A stretch of DNA of 64,000 nt from Actinomycetes bacterium (GCA_025363815.1 JANYLB010000012.1:14085-78084); one strand, 5' to 3'. Shown: positions 38,973 through 49,002, counted from the first letter of the stretch. A program made the numbers and translations. The notes: a model not told the origin generated them from the letters alone.

Positions 38973-40187
38973 ATGGATCTCACGTTCTCCGCAGCCGACG
39001 ACGCCTTCCGCGTCGAGGCCCGAGCGTGGCTCAGCGAGCAGCTCACCGGTGATTTCGCGGGTGTGAGAGGCCGTGGCGGACCGGGCGACGAGCACGAGCT
39101 GTTCGACGAGCGACTCGCGTGGGAGCGCGCCCTCGGCGCGGCCCGGTGGACGTGCCTGTCGTTCCCCGAGCAGTACGGCGGGCGCGAGGCCACCCTCCTG
39201 CAGCAGGTGATCTTCTACGAGGAGTACGCCCGCGCCGGTGGGCCCGGACGCGTCGGCATCGTCGGTGAAGGCCTGATCGGCCCGACCATCCTCCACTTCG
39301 GCACCGACGAGCAGCGAGCCCGCTTTCTCCCGAAGATCGCAAGCGGTGAGGAGCTCTGGTGTCAGGGCTACTCGGAACCCAACGCCGGCTCCGACCTCGC
39401 GAACATCCAGACACGGGCCGAGCTCGTCTCTGGTCCTGACGGCGACGAGTGGACCATCACCGGCCAGAAGACCTGGACGTCACTGGCACAGTGGTCCGAT
39501 TGGTGCTTCGTGCTCTGTCGCACCGACCGGACGACGCCCCGCCACCGCGGGATCTCCTACCTGCTGGTACCGATGCGACAAGCAGGAATCGAAATCCGCC
39601 CGATCATCCAGCTCACCGGCACCTCGGAGTTCAACGAGACCTTCTTCGACGGCGCGCGCACCGCGGCCGAGAACGTGGTCGGCGACATCAACGGCGGCTG
39701 GCGTGTCGCAATGGGCACGCTCGCCTTCGAGCGAGGCGCCTCAACGCTCGGCCAGCAACTCACCTTCGAGCACGAGCTGAACGCGATCACCCGGGTCGCA
39801 CAGAAGAACGGCACCGCCGCCGAACCGGTAACGCGCCAACGCATCGCCGACATGTGGATCGGGTTGCGGATCATGCGCTACACCGCATTGCGAAGCCTGA
39901 GCGCCATGGGAAGCGGCGAGCTCACTCCTCAGACCGCGATTCACAAGCTCTACTGGGCGAGTCTCCACCGCGCGCTCGGCGAGCTCGCCGTCGATGTGCT
40001 CGGCGCCGACGCGATGATCGCCGAGGGAGTCTCCGGCGACGGGGCTTCATACGAGCTTGGCCCCGCGCAGCGACTGTTGTTGTGGACGCGCGCCGACACG
40101 ATCTACGGCGGTTCGAATCAGGTACAACGCAACATCATCGGCGAGCGGGCGCTCGGCCTGCCGCCCGAGCCGAAGGTGACATCTTGA
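38973..40187 (+). CDS. ipdE1: Acyl-CoA dehydrogenase IpdE1 (FadE30)
   Basis: RGRGGPGDEHE, QQVIFYEEYARA, WCQGYSEPNAGSDLA, TLAFERG, RADTIYGGSNQVQRNIIGER. Confidence 0.85.
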   Translation: MDLTFSAADDAFRVEARAWLSEQLTGDFAGVRGRGGPGDEHELFDERLAWERALGAARWTCLSFPEQYGGREATLLQQVIFYEEYARAGGPGRVGIVGEGLIGPTILHFGTDEQRARFLPKIASGEELWCQGYSEPNAGSDLANIQTRAELVSGPDGDEWTITGQKTWTSLAQWSDWCFVLCRTDRTTPRHRGISYLLVPMRQAGIEIRPIIQLTGTSEFNETFFDGARTAAENVVGDINGGWRVAMGTLAFERGASTLGQQLTFEHELNAITRVAQKNGTAAEPVTRQRIADMWIGLRIMRYTALRSLSAMGSGELTPQTAIHKLYWASLHRALGELAVDVLGADAMIAEGVSGDGASYELGPAQRLLLWTRADTIYGGSNQVQRNIIGERALGLPPEPKVTS

Positions 40188-40960
40188 GCATCCCGCAACC
40201 ACCCGCGTATCCCGAGGGGAAGGCGCTCCTCGACGGCCGAGCCGTGCTTGTAACAGCGGCCGCCGGAACAGGGATCGGCTTCGCCACCGCACTGCGATGC
40301 GCGGAGGAAGGCGCCCGCCTCGTGATCAGCGATTCCCACGAGCGCCGTCTCGCCGAGGCCGCCGAGAAGCTCGGAGACGCCGTAGCCGCCGCGGTTCCGT
40401 GCGACGTCACCGACGAAGACCAAGTGCAGCGGCTGTTCGCCGCGGCCGAAGATGCCACCGGCGGGATCGACGTGCTCGTGAACAACGCCGGCCTCGGTGG
40501 TCAGGTCGATCTCGTCGACATGACCGACGATCAGTGGCTGAAGGTCCTCGACGTAACGCTCAATGGCACGTTCCGCTGCATGCGGACCGCGCTCCGGCTC
40601 ATGACCCCTCGCCGAGCCGGTGTGATCGTCAACAACGCGTCGGTGCTCGGCTGGCGCGCGCAGGCAGGCCAAGCCCACTACGCCGCCGCGAAGGCAGGCG
40701 TGATGGCACTCACCCGGTGCGCAGCGATCGAGGCGGCGCCATCGGGTGTGCGGGTCAACGCGGTTGCGCCCAGCTTGGCGATGCATCCGTTTCTCGCCAA
40801 GGCCAGCAGCGAGGAGCTACTCACCGAGCTCACCGAGCGCGAGGCATTCGGCCGCGCCGCACAACCGTGGGAGGTCGCGAACGTGATCGTGTTCCTGGCC
40901 AGCGACTACTCGTCGTACATGACCGGCGAGGTGCTCTCCGTGTCGAGTCAGCACCCTTGA
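40184..40960 (+). CDS. ipdF: SDR IpdF (Rv3559c-like, HIP-CoA 5-oxo reductase)
   Basis: VTAAAGTGIG, SDSHERRL, NNASVLGWRAQ, YAAAK, SVSSQHP; TTG overlapping ipdE1 stop. Confidence 0.9.
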   Translation: MSIPQPPAYPEGKALLDGRAVLVTAAAGTGIGFATALRCAEEGARLVISDSHERRLAEAAEKLGDAVAAAVPCDVTDEDQVQRLFAAAEDATGGIDVLVNNAGLGGQVDLVDMTDDQWLKVLDVTLNGTFRCMRTALRLMTPRRAGVIVNNASVLGWRAQAGQAHYAAAKAGVMALTRCAAIEAAPSGVRVNAVAPSLAMHPFLAKASSEELLTELTEREAFGRAAQPWEVANVIVFLASDYSSYMTGEVLSVSSQHP

Positions 40961-41394
40961 TGGTCGACAAGGCCGCGTTGGGTCAGGCGGGAAAGCCGTT
41001 CGCCATGCCGATCGAGCGGGGAAAGATCCGCGAGTACGCACGCGCGATCGGCTCATCGCACCCCGACTACATCGACGCCGACGACCCGGTGGTGCCCGCG
41101 CACTTCCTAACGACCACGTTCTTCTGGGAGAACGACACAGGCAATCCGTGGGACCGCGTGGCGATGTCGCCGCAACGGGGAATGCACGCCGAGCAGGAGT
41201 ACGTGTTTCACGGCGAGCCACCCCGGGCGGGCATTCGGCTGATGTGCACGAGCCGGATTGACAAGATCTATGAGAAGACCAGCCGTAGCGGGAACGAGCT
41301 CACCTTCGTGGAGATGGTCACCGAGTTCCGCGATTCCCGAGGCGTGCTCGTCGCCGAGGCCAAGATGACTGCGGTCGAAACCGGCGAAGCATGA
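40960..41394 (+). CDS. MaoC N-terminal-type (FAS1/HadA-like) dehydratase subunit
   Basis: IERGKIREYARAIG, HAEQEY; TGATG coupling to ipdF. Confidence 0.85.
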   Translation: MVDKAALGQAGKPFAMPIERGKIREYARAIGSSHPDYIDADDPVVPAHFLTTTFFWENDTGNPWDRVAMSPQRGMHAEQEYVFHGEPPRAGIRLMCTSRIDKIYEKTSRSGNELTFVEMVTEFRDSRGVLVAEAKMTAVETGEA

Positions 41395-41786
41395 CCATCC
41401 CCGCTCCCCCACCGCCGCTCGTCTTCGGACCGATCACCCGCACCGACATCGTTCGGTATCAGGGCGCGTCGGGCGACTTCCAACCGATTCACCACGACGA
41501 GCCCTTCGCCCGGGATGCGGGCTACGACGCACCGCTCGTGGTCGGCATGCTGGGGGCCGGGCTGCTCACGACATGGGCAACCGACTGGCTCGGTCCGGCC
41601 AACGTGCGTCGTTCCCGCGTGCGGTGGACCGAACGGGTGTGGCCCGACGACACGCTCACCTGCTCGGGCGCGATTGAACGCGCCTATGAGGAAGGCGGCG
41701 AAGCCAGGGTCGACCTCGTGCTCGAGGCCGTGAACCAGAACGGCATCGTGGTGGTCAAGGGGTGGATGACGTTCGTCGGGGAATGA
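41391..41786 (+). CDS. MaoC (HadB-like) catalytic dehydratase subunit
   Basis: Hydratase-2 motif YQGASGDFQPIHHD. Confidence 0.88.
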   Translation: MTIPAPPPPLVFGPITRTDIVRYQGASGDFQPIHHDEPFARDAGYDAPLVVGMLGAGLLTTWATDWLGPANVRRSRVRWTERVWPDDTLTCSGAIERAYEEGGEARVDLVLEAVNQNGIVVVKGWMTFVGE

Positions 41787-41838
41787 GCCCGGAGCGGCAG
41801 CCGCCGCAAATGAGGCCGTGGGCTAGCGTCTCGCCGTC

Positions 41839-42129
41839 ATGGGTTGCTGTTTCGTTGTCGCGCTTCTCGCAATCGGGCCCCGGTTTGTTCTCTTGCTCAT
41901 GTGGCTCTCCACGACGCTGGTCGACCGCGCGTTCAACGGGTTCCTTCTCCCGTTGCTCGGCGTGCTCTTCCTCCCGTGGACCACCCTCTTCTATGTATTC
42001 GCGTATCAACCGATCAACGGGGTCGCCGGCATCGGCTGGTTCTTCGTGGCTTTCGGCTTCTTCTGCGATATCGCGTCTTACTCCGGTGGCGGCAGGGCTC
42101 AGCGTCGGCAGGCGAGACAGGCGCACTAG
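41839..42129 (+). CDS. Small hydrophobic membrane protein, hypothetical
   Basis: GPRF, LLGVLFLPWTTLFY; about 3 TM; TAGCGT upstream. Confidence 0.72.
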   Translation: MGCCFVVALLAIGPRFVLLLMWLSTTLVDRAFNGFLLPLLGVLFLPWTTLFYVFAYQPINGVAGIGWFFVAFGFFCDIASYSGGGRAQRRQARQAH

Positions 42130-42212
42130 CGCCGCGCGCGCTCGACCGATGCCGGAGCGATCCGTGCCGGCTGGGTGCCGCCAACCCGTGCCCGTATAAG
42201 GTGACCACTCGA

Positions 42213-42229
42213 TCTGAGCGCCCATCAGA
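42213..42229. promoter_or_regulatory. Candidate C/D-ring operator TCTGA-GCGCCCA-TCAGA
   Basis: Palindrome 9 nt upstream of echA20 start. Confidence 0.6.
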
Positions 42230-42238
42230 AAGCGTGCG

Positions 42239-43000
42239 ATGCCCATAACGAGCACCGTCGACGAGCGCGGCGTCGCCGAAGTCGTCATGGACAACCCGCC
42301 GGTCAACGCGCTGACAGTGGCCGGGTGGTTCGAGCTGGCCTCGACCGTGCGCGGGCTCGGCGAAGACCCCGAGGTCCGGGTGGTGGTGCTCCGGGCCGCG
42401 GGTCGCGGATTCAACGCCGGCGTCGACATCAAGGAGATGCAGGCGACCGATGGCTTCGAGGCGCTGATCAACGCCAACCGCGGCTGCTACGCCGCATTCG
42501 CGGCCGTCTACGAGTGCGCGGTCCCGGTGATCGCCGCGGTCAACGGCCACTGCCTCGGTGGCGGTATCGGCCTCGTCGGCAACGCCGACGTGATCGTGGC
42601 GTCCGACGATGCCACTTTCGGCCTCCCCGAGGTCGACCGCGGCGCGCTCGGCGCTGCTACCCACCTGGCCCGCCTCGTTCCCCAGCACAAGATGCGGGCG
42701 ATGGTCTACACCGGCGCGACTGCGACCGCCGCCGAGCTGCACCACCACGGATCGGTGCTCCGGGTCGTGCCGATCGCGGAGCTTCGCGACGCCGCGTTCG
42801 AAGTCGCGATCCAGATCGCGGCGAAGAGCCCCGCGGTCATCCGGGCGGCCAAGGAATCGCTCAACGGCATCGACCCGATCGACGTGAAGCGGAGCTACCG
42901 CTTCGAGCAGGGATTCACCTTCGAGCTGAACCTCTCCGGCGTCGCCGACGAGCACCGCGACGCCTTCGTCACCAAACGGGAGACCGACACGTCGAGATGA
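42239..43000 (+). CDS. echA20: Crotonase EchA20 (ring D hydrolase)
   Basis: PPVNAL, GFNAGVDIKEMQ, ANRGCYAAFAAVYECAVPV, PEVDRGALGAATHL, SYRFEQGFT. Confidence 0.93.
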   Translation: MPITSTVDERGVAEVVMDNPPVNALTVAGWFELASTVRGLGEDPEVRVVVLRAAGRGFNAGVDIKEMQATDGFEALINANRGCYAAFAAVYECAVPVIAAVNGHCLGGGIGLVGNADVIVASDDATFGLPEVDRGALGAATHLARLVPQHKMRAMVYTGATATAAELHHHGSVLRVVPIAELRDAAFEVAIQIAAKSPAVIRAAKESLNGIDPIDVKRSYRFEQGFTFELNLSGVADEHRDAFVTKRETDTSR

Positions 43001-43003
43001 ACC

Positions 43004-43852
43004 GTGCCCGATAAGCGAATATCCGAAGACGACGTCGTCGCCGAGCTGCGCGACGGCATGACCATAGGCATCGGCGGGTGGGGATCCCGGCGCAAGCCGA
43101 TGAGCCTCGTGCGCGCGATCGCCCGGTCGTCGCTGCGCGATCTCACCATCGTGAGCTACGGCGGCCCCGATGTAGGGCTCCTTTGCGCGACCGGCAAGGT
43201 CGAACGAGTCGTTTATGCGTTCGTGTCACTCGACTCGATCCCACTCGAGCCGCACTTCCGGGTCGCCCGTCAGACGGGCGCCGTCTCCACCCTGGAGCTC
43301 GACGAAGGCATGTTTCTCCTCGGTCTCCAGGCCGCGGCCTGGCGGGTGCCATTCCTGCCGACACGGGTCGGGCTCGGCTCCGACGTCGTCGACCGCCAGC
43401 CGGAGATCCGCACCGTCGTCTCCCCCTACGACGACGGTGAAGAGCTCGTCGCGGCGCCGGCGTTGCGGCTCGACGCCGCGCTCGTGCACATGCACAGGGG
43501 CGACGCAGGGGGCAACGGCCAGTACCTCAACGTCGACCCCTACTTCGATGACCTGTTCTGCATGGCGGCCGATCGCCGGTTCATGAGCGTGGAGCAGGTG
43601 CAAGAAACTGAGGACCTCCGGGGCAACGGACCGCTGCAGACGTTGAAGATAAATCGCCTGATGACTGATGGAATCGTCGAAGCTCCGTTCGGTGCCCACT
43701 TCACCGAGTGTGTGCCCGACTACCCCCGCGACGAGGCATTCCAAAAGGAGTACGCCGGGAGCGCTAAGTCGGCCGACGCATGGGTCGCGTGGCGCACGAA
43801 ATACCTCGACTGCGGCGGTCACGACGAATACCGAAAGGTCGTTGGGCTGTGA
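43004..43852 (+). CDS. ipdA: IpdA, ring C hydrolase alpha subunit (class II CoA-transferase fold)
   Basis: GIGGWGSRRKPM, YGGPDVGLL, FVSLDSIPLEP, ELDEGM, DPYFDDLF. Confidence 0.95.
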   Translation: MPDKRISEDDVVAELRDGMTIGIGGWGSRRKPMSLVRAIARSSLRDLTIVSYGGPDVGLLCATGKVERVVYAFVSLDSIPLEPHFRVARQTGAVSTLELDEGMFLLGLQAAAWRVPFLPTRVGLGSDVVDRQPEIRTVVSPYDDGEELVAAPALRLDAALVHMHRGDAGGNGQYLNVDPYFDDLFCMAADRRFMSVEQVQETEDLRGNGPLQTLKINRLMTDGIVEAPFGAHFTECVPDYPRDEAFQKEYAGSAKSADAWVAWRTKYLDCGGHDEYRKVVGL

Positions 43853-44625
43853 GCTCAGCATCGGGTCTCGTCACCAGGGCCGAGTATTGCGTGATCGCGG
43901 TCGCGGAGTGCTTCCGCGGCGACGGCGAGATCCTCGCCAACCCCATCGGCACGATTCCCATGATCGGCGGGCGGCTCGCACGCGCCAGCTTCGAGCCCGA
44001 CCTGGTGATGACCGACGGCGAGGCCACGTTTGTGACCGGGCCCTACCCTGTCGGCCCGACCGACGTGGTCAAGGTCGTCGAAGCGTGGAACCCCTACCGC
44101 TCGATGTTCGACGTGGTCTGGTCAGGTCGCCGGCACGTGATGATGGGCGCGTCGCAGATCGACCGGTTCGGCAACCAGAACTTCGCTTTCGTGGGCTCGT
44201 GGGACCAGCCGAAGGCGCAGCTGCTCGGCTTCCGCGGCGCGCCGGGCAACACGATCCAGAACACGACTTCGTACTGGGTCCCCAACCACTCGCCCAAGGT
44301 GTTCGTCACCAAGGTCGACGTGGTGAGCGGCGTCGGATACGACCGAGCCGCTGCTCTCGGCCCGGAGGCGTCACGGTTCCACGAGATCCGCCGGGTGGTA
44401 ACAAACCTCGGCGTGCTCGACTTCGACACTCCCGACCACACGATGCGGCTGCGATCGACGCACCCCGGTGTGACCGTCGACGAGATCGTCGCCGCGACCG
44501 GGTTCGACCTCGTGGTGCCCGAAGATGTCGGCGTCACCCGCGACCCCAGCCCCGATGAGCTCGAGCTCATCCAGGAGACCATCGACCCGCACGATCTCCG
44601 GGGCCAGGAAGTCCCCACTCCATGA
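43849..44625 (+). CDS. ipdB: IpdB, ring C hydrolase beta subunit
   Basis: TRAEYC, GARLAR-like GGRLAR, GRRHVMMGASQIDRFGNQN, RGAPGN, YWVPNHS. Confidence 0.95.
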   Translation: MSSASGLVTRAEYCVIAVAECFRGDGEILANPIGTIPMIGGRLARASFEPDLVMTDGEATFVTGPYPVGPTDVVKVVEAWNPYRSMFDVVWSGRRHVMMGASQIDRFGNQNFAFVGSWDQPKAQLLGFRGAPGNTIQNTTSYWVPNHSPKVFVTKVDVVSGVGYDRAAALGPEASRFHEIRRVVTNLGVLDFDTPDHTMRLRSTHPGVTVDEIVAATGFDLVVPEDVGVTRDPSPDELELIQETIDPHDLRGQEVPTP

Positions 44626-45692
44626 GCACCCATCGTGCGCTGAGCACGCGCGCGTGCGAGCTTTTCGGGGTCAAGTACCCGATCGTGCAGACGGGGATGG
44701 GCTGGGTCTCGGGCGCGCGCCTGACTGCGGCAACGAGCGCAGCCGGTGGGCTCGGAATTCTGGCGTCGGCAACGATGACCCTCGACGAGCTGCGCACCGC
44801 GATTCACGAGGTGAGGCAGCGCACCGACAACCCGTTCGGTGTGAATCTCCGCTCCGATCAGCCCGACGTCAACAACCGCATTCGACTGATCGTCGACGAG
44901 CACGTGCGGGTAGCGAGCTTCGCCCAGGCGCCGGGCGAGAGACTCGTGAAGACGCTGAAGGACGCCGGAGTCGTCGTGATGCCTACGGTCGGCGCCCGGA
45001 GGCACGCGGAGAAGGTCGCGGCCTGGGGCGTCGATGCGGTCATCGCCCAGGGAGCCGAGGGAGGCGGTCACACCGGCACGGTGCCGACCAGCCTGCTGCT
45101 TCCCCTGGTCGCCGAAGCCGTCGACATCCCGGTGCTCGGCGCCGGCGGCTTCTTCGACGGCCGGGGACTGGTGGCCGCGCTCGCCTACGGCGCGGCCGGC
45201 ATAGCCATGGGAACCCGTTTCCTCCTGACGCGCGAGAGCACCGTGCCCGACGACGTGAAGGCCGTCTACCTCACTACGCCAATCACCGGAACAGTCGTGA
45301 CGACGGCGATCGACGGTCACCCGCAGCGCGTGATCCTCACCGATGTGATCGAGCGCCTGTCGGGCTCGAGCCGCCTGACTGCGCTTCCCCGCGCGGTGCG
45401 CAACGCACTGGAGTTCCGCAAGCTCACCGGTACATCGGTCGGTGACCTCGCCCGTGAAGGCCTCGCTATGCGCAAGAGCCAGAACCTCACCCTGGCCCAA
45501 CTCGCGATGGCCGCCAACGCACCGATGCTCACCCGTGCCGCGATGGTCGATGGCCGACTCGACGCGGGCATTCTGCCGACCGGCCAGAACGTCGGCGTGA
45601 TCGACGAGCTCCCGACCGTCGCCGAGCTGATCGCACGCATCATGGAACAGGCCGACGCGACGCTGCGCCGCCTCGAAGGGAACAACGCATGA
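44622..45692 (+). CDS. ipdC: IpdC (nitronate monooxygenase / 2-NPD family flavoprotein)
   Basis: PIVQTGMGWV, RHAEKV, QGAEGGGHTG, AGGFFDGRGL, ANAPML; follows ipdAB. Confidence 0.92.
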   Translation: MSTHRALSTRACELFGVKYPIVQTGMGWVSGARLTAATSAAGGLGILASATMTLDELRTAIHEVRQRTDNPFGVNLRSDQPDVNNRIRLIVDEHVRVASFAQAPGERLVKTLKDAGVVVMPTVGARRHAEKVAAWGVDAVIAQGAEGGGHTGTVPTSLLLPLVAEAVDIPVLGAGGFFDGRGLVAALAYGAAGIAMGTRFLLTRESTVPDDVKAVYLTTPITGTVVTTAIDGHPQRVILTDVIERLSGSSRLTALPRAVRNALEFRKLTGTSVGDLAREGLAMRKSQNLTLAQLAMAANAPMLTRAAMVDGRLDAGILPTGQNVGVIDELPTVAELIARIMEQADATLRRLEGNNA

Positions 45693-45708
45693 TCCAGGAG
45701 ACGAGCCC

Positions 45709-46134
45709 ATGACGAAGCCGAAGGTTGCCGCCATCGAAGGGTGGTTCACCACCGGCGACGAGCCGAAGCTGCTCGCGAGCCGAGGCGCCACCACCGGCAG
45801 CGTCTTCTTCCCCAAAAGCCTCGCGTTCTCTCGCAACCCCGCTGCCCCTGCGGAGGAGCTCGAAGAGACCACGCTGGGGCGGCGCGGTCGGGTGTGGTCT
45901 TGGACGACCAACCACTACCAGCCGCCGGCGCCGTATATCTCGCCCGAGCCGTTCGTTCCTTACACCGTTGTCGCCGTCGAGCTGCCCGACGAGAAGATGG
46001 TGGTGCTCGGGCAACTGGCCGCGGGCGACGATCCCGACACCCTGTCTGTCGGCGCGGAAGTCGAGCTCGTGCTCGGCACCCTTTTCGAAGACGACGAAGC
46101 GGAGCGCCTCATGTGGAACTGGAAATTGGTATGA
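45709..46134 (+). CDS. DUF35 OB-fold protein lacking zinc-ribbon cysteines
   Basis: GRVWSWT, YQPPAPY, AVELPDEKMVVLGQ; SD AGGAG; no Cys. Confidence 0.85.
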   Translation: MTKPKVAAIEGWFTTGDEPKLLASRGATTGSVFFPKSLAFSRNPAAPAEELEETTLGRRGRVWSWTTNHYQPPAPYISPEPFVPYTVVAVELPDEKMVVLGQLAAGDDPDTLSVGAEVELVLGTLFEDDEAERLMWNWKLV

Positions 46135-47327
46135 GTGCTCCGGAGGGTGTCGCGGTTCTCGGGGTCGGCATGCACCCCTGGGGCAAATGGGGTCGCAACT
46201 TCGTCGAGTACGGCGTGGTCGCCGCCCGAGCTGCACTCGATGATGCCTGCGTCGACTGGCGCGACGTGCAATTCGTCGCCGGCGGCGAGACCGTTCGCAA
46301 CGGCTACCCCGGTTACGTCGCCGGCGCGTCGATCGCGCAGGCCCTCGGGTGGCAGGGAGCTCCTGTCTCTTCGTCGTACGCGGCCTGCGCCTCGGGTGCT
46401 ACGGCGCTCAACGCTGCTCGCGCGCAGATTCTCGCCGGTCTCGTCGACGTCGCGCTCGTCGTGGGTGCCGATACGACTCCGAAGGGATTCCTCGCGCCCA
46501 ACGCCGGTGAGCGGGGTGACGATCCCGACTGGCTGCGGTTCCGGCTCCTCGGCGCGACAAACCCCACTTACTTCGGCTTGTACGCGCGCCGGCGCATGGA
46601 GGTCTTCGGTGCCACGCAGTCCGACTTCGCCAAGGTGAAGGTGAAGAACGCGCGCCATGGCCTCCACAACCCGAACGCGCGGTTCCGCAAGGAGGTCACA
46701 GAGGCTGACGTCGACGCGTCTCCCGTGGTTTCGGATCCGCTGCGGTTGCTCGAGATCTGCGCCACGAGCGATGGTGCGGCAGCGATCGTGCTGTCGAGCC
46801 TCGACTACGCCAAGTCGAAGGGAGCGAAGGCTCCGGTGCGGATCGCGGCGGTATCGACGGTGACGCCCACCTACCCGAACACTGTGATCGAGATGCCGAA
46901 CTTCGCGACCGACTCCGCGGCCGCGGTCGCGTTGCCCGAACGCACCTTCCGCGACTCGATCGCGTACGCCGCATACGAACAGGCCGGTTTGGGGCCGCAA
47001 GACATGAGTCTCGCCGAGGTCTACGACCTCTCGACCGCGCTCGAGCTCGACTGGTACGAGAACATCGGGCTCTGCGAGGCCGGTCAAGCCGAACGACTCC
47101 TGAACGACGGCGACACGACCATCGGTGGTCGCATCCCGGTGAATCCGAGCGGCGGGCTCGCCTGCTTCGGCGAAGCGGTGCCCGCGCAGGCCATCGCGCA
47201 GGTCTGCGAGCTCACCTGGCAGCTCCGCGGCGTTGCCGGCGAACGCCAGGTCGAGGGCGCGACCGCGGGGATCTCCGTGAACCAGGGGCTCTTCGGGCAC
47301 GGCTCGTCGGTGATCGCCGTCCGCTGA
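46131..47327 (+). CDS. Thiolase-fold lipid-transfer (SCP2-type) protein
   Basis: GMHPWGKWG, AACASG, ICATSDGAAA, EVYDLS, VNPSGGL, NQGLFGHG. Confidence 0.88.
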   Translation: MSAPEGVAVLGVGMHPWGKWGRNFVEYGVVAARAALDDACVDWRDVQFVAGGETVRNGYPGYVAGASIAQALGWQGAPVSSSYAACASGATALNAARAQILAGLVDVALVVGADTTPKGFLAPNAGERGDDPDWLRFRLLGATNPTYFGLYARRRMEVFGATQSDFAKVKVKNARHGLHNPNARFRKEVTEADVDASPVVSDPLRLLEICATSDGAAAIVLSSLDYAKSKGAKAPVRIAAVSTVTPTYPNTVIEMPNFATDSAAAVALPERTFRDSIAYAAYEQAGLGPQDMSLAEVYDLSTALELDWYENIGLCEAGQAERLLNDGDTTIGGRIPVNPSGGLACFGEAVPAQAIAQVCELTWQLRGVAGERQVEGATAGISVNQGLFGHGSSVIAVR

Positions 47328-47379
47328 GCGTTCTGTATTACGGCGGCCGGCTCCTCCCCGCCACCTAGTGTGAGCGGCC

Positions 47380-49002
47380 GTGGCCGACTGCTGGAACCTC
47401 GCTGACCTGTTCGAAGCCGTTGCCGACGTAGCCCAAGATCGCGAAGCGGTCGTCTCCGACAATCGCCGACTCACTTACAGAGAGCTCGACGAACGAGCCA
47501 CGCGCCTTGCGCACCACCTGGCCGCGAACGGCGTGCAGGCCGGCGACCACGTGGGAATCTACGCGTACAACGGCCCCGAGTGGATCGAGGCGATGTTCGC
47601 CGCCTGGAAGATCCGCGCGGTTCCGATCAACGTCAACTACCGCTACGTCGAGGCAGAGCTTCGCTACTTGTTCGACAACGCGGATCTGGTCGCGCTGGTA
47701 CACGGCCGCGAGTTCGTGCCGCGAATCGCCGCAGTCAGGGATGAGTGTCCGAAGCTAAGGGTCTTCGTTTCAATCGATGATGATACCGATGAGGATCTTT
47801 CTGCGATCGGCGCGATCGAGTACGAAACCGCGCTGGGCGGCGCCTCACCCGAGCGCGATTTCGCGCCCCGCTCCCCCGCTGATCTCTACATCCTCTACAC
47901 GGGCGGCACCACCGGGATGCCGAAGGGCGTCATGTGGCGCCAGACCGACTACTTCAACTCGACTATCGGCGCGCTCATGCGCATGGGTGGCGCGCCGTTC
48001 GAGTCGTTCGACGAGGTAATCGAAGAAGCAAGGACCGCTACCGGAACCGTCGGGTTCCCGCTCGCGCCGCTCATGCACGGTGCGGCGCAGTGGGTCGCGA
48101 CCATGCTCCTCATCCAGGGCAACAAGGTCGTGCTCTCGTCGGCGCGCCGTCTCGACCCAGTCGCGACCTGGCGCACCATCGAGCGCGAGAAGGTGATGAC
48201 GACGAGCCTCGTCGGCGACGCCATGGCCCGTCCGCTCATCGAAGCCCTCGATCTGGCCGAGCTCGCCGACATCGATCTCTCCGCGTTCTTCGTGATCGGC
48301 TCGGGCGGAGCGATCCTCTCCCCTACGGTGAAGGAAGCAATAGCGAAGCGTCTACCGAACGTCCTCGTGATCGACTCTCTCGGGGCGTCGGAGACCGGAT
48401 ACCAGGGCACCGTCGCAGGATCCGACTCAGAGGGCAAACCCCGCTTCGCAATGGGCGAGCACACGACGGTGCTCGATGACTCAGGCAAGCCCGTGGTCCC
48501 TGGAGACGGTGTGATCGGGCGCCTCGCCCGTCGCGGCTACATGCCCATCGGCTATTACAAGGACCCCGAGAAGACCGCAGCGACATTCATCGAGATCGAC
48601 GGCGAACGGTGGGCCCTTCCCGGCGATATGGCTCGCGTCGAGGCCGACCAAACGATCACACTCCTCGGGCGCGGTTCGGTGAGCATCAACTCGGGCGGCG
48701 AGAAGGTCTACCCCGAAGAGGTCGAGCTCGCGCTGAAGTCGCACCCCGACGTGTTCGATGTCGTCGTCGTGGGTGTGCCCGACCAACGCTGGGGCGAGCG
48801 CGTCGTTGCTGTCGTGAAGGCTCGCCCCGGAGCGACCCCCGACGCGGGTGAGCTGGCCGAACATGCTCGGGCCACGATCGCGGGTTACAAGGTGCCGCGT
48901 GCGATCGTCGTGGTCGACGAGATGGTGCGCTCACCTTCAGGCAAGGCCGACTACCGCTGGGCGAAGGCCACCGCGGTGGCCGATGCAGCCGGCACTGCCT
49001 GA
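47380..49002 (+). CDS. fadD19: Acyl-CoA synthetase, FadD19-like steroid-CoA ligase
   Basis: NLADLFE, NVNYRY, YTGGTTGMPKGVMWRQ, VGDAMARP, GRGSVSINSGGEKVYPEEVE, RSPSGKADYRWA. Confidence 0.78.
   Translation: MADCWNLADLFEAVADVAQDREAVVSDNRRLTYRELDERATRLAHHLAANGVQAGDHVGIYAYNGPEWIEAMFAAWKIRAVPINVNYRYVEAELRYLFDNADLVALVHGREFVPRIAAVRDECPKLRVFVSIDDDTDEDLSAIGAIEYETALGGASPERDFAPRSPADLYILYTGGTTGMPKGVMWRQTDYFNSTIGALMRMGGAPFESFDEVIEEARTATGTVGFPLAPLMHGAAQWVATMLLIQGNKVVLSSARRLDPVATWRTIEREKVMTTSLVGDAMARPLIEALDLAELADIDLSAFFVIGSGGAILSPTVKEAIAKRLPNVLVIDSLGASETGYQGTVAGSDSEGKPRFAMGEHTTVLDDSGKPVVPGDGVIGRLARRGYMPIGYYKDPEKTAATFIEIDGERWALPGDMARVEADQTITLLGRGSVSINSGGEKVYPEEVELALKSHPDVFDVVVVGVPDQRWGERVVAVVKARPGATPDAGELAEHARATIAGYKVPRAIVVVDEMVRSPSGKADYRWAKATAVADAAGTA

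Noticed and set aside
43004-44625. Ordinary CoA-transferase
   Set aside because: Signature motifs and echA20/ipdC context identify IpdAB, an established ring-cleaving hydrolase
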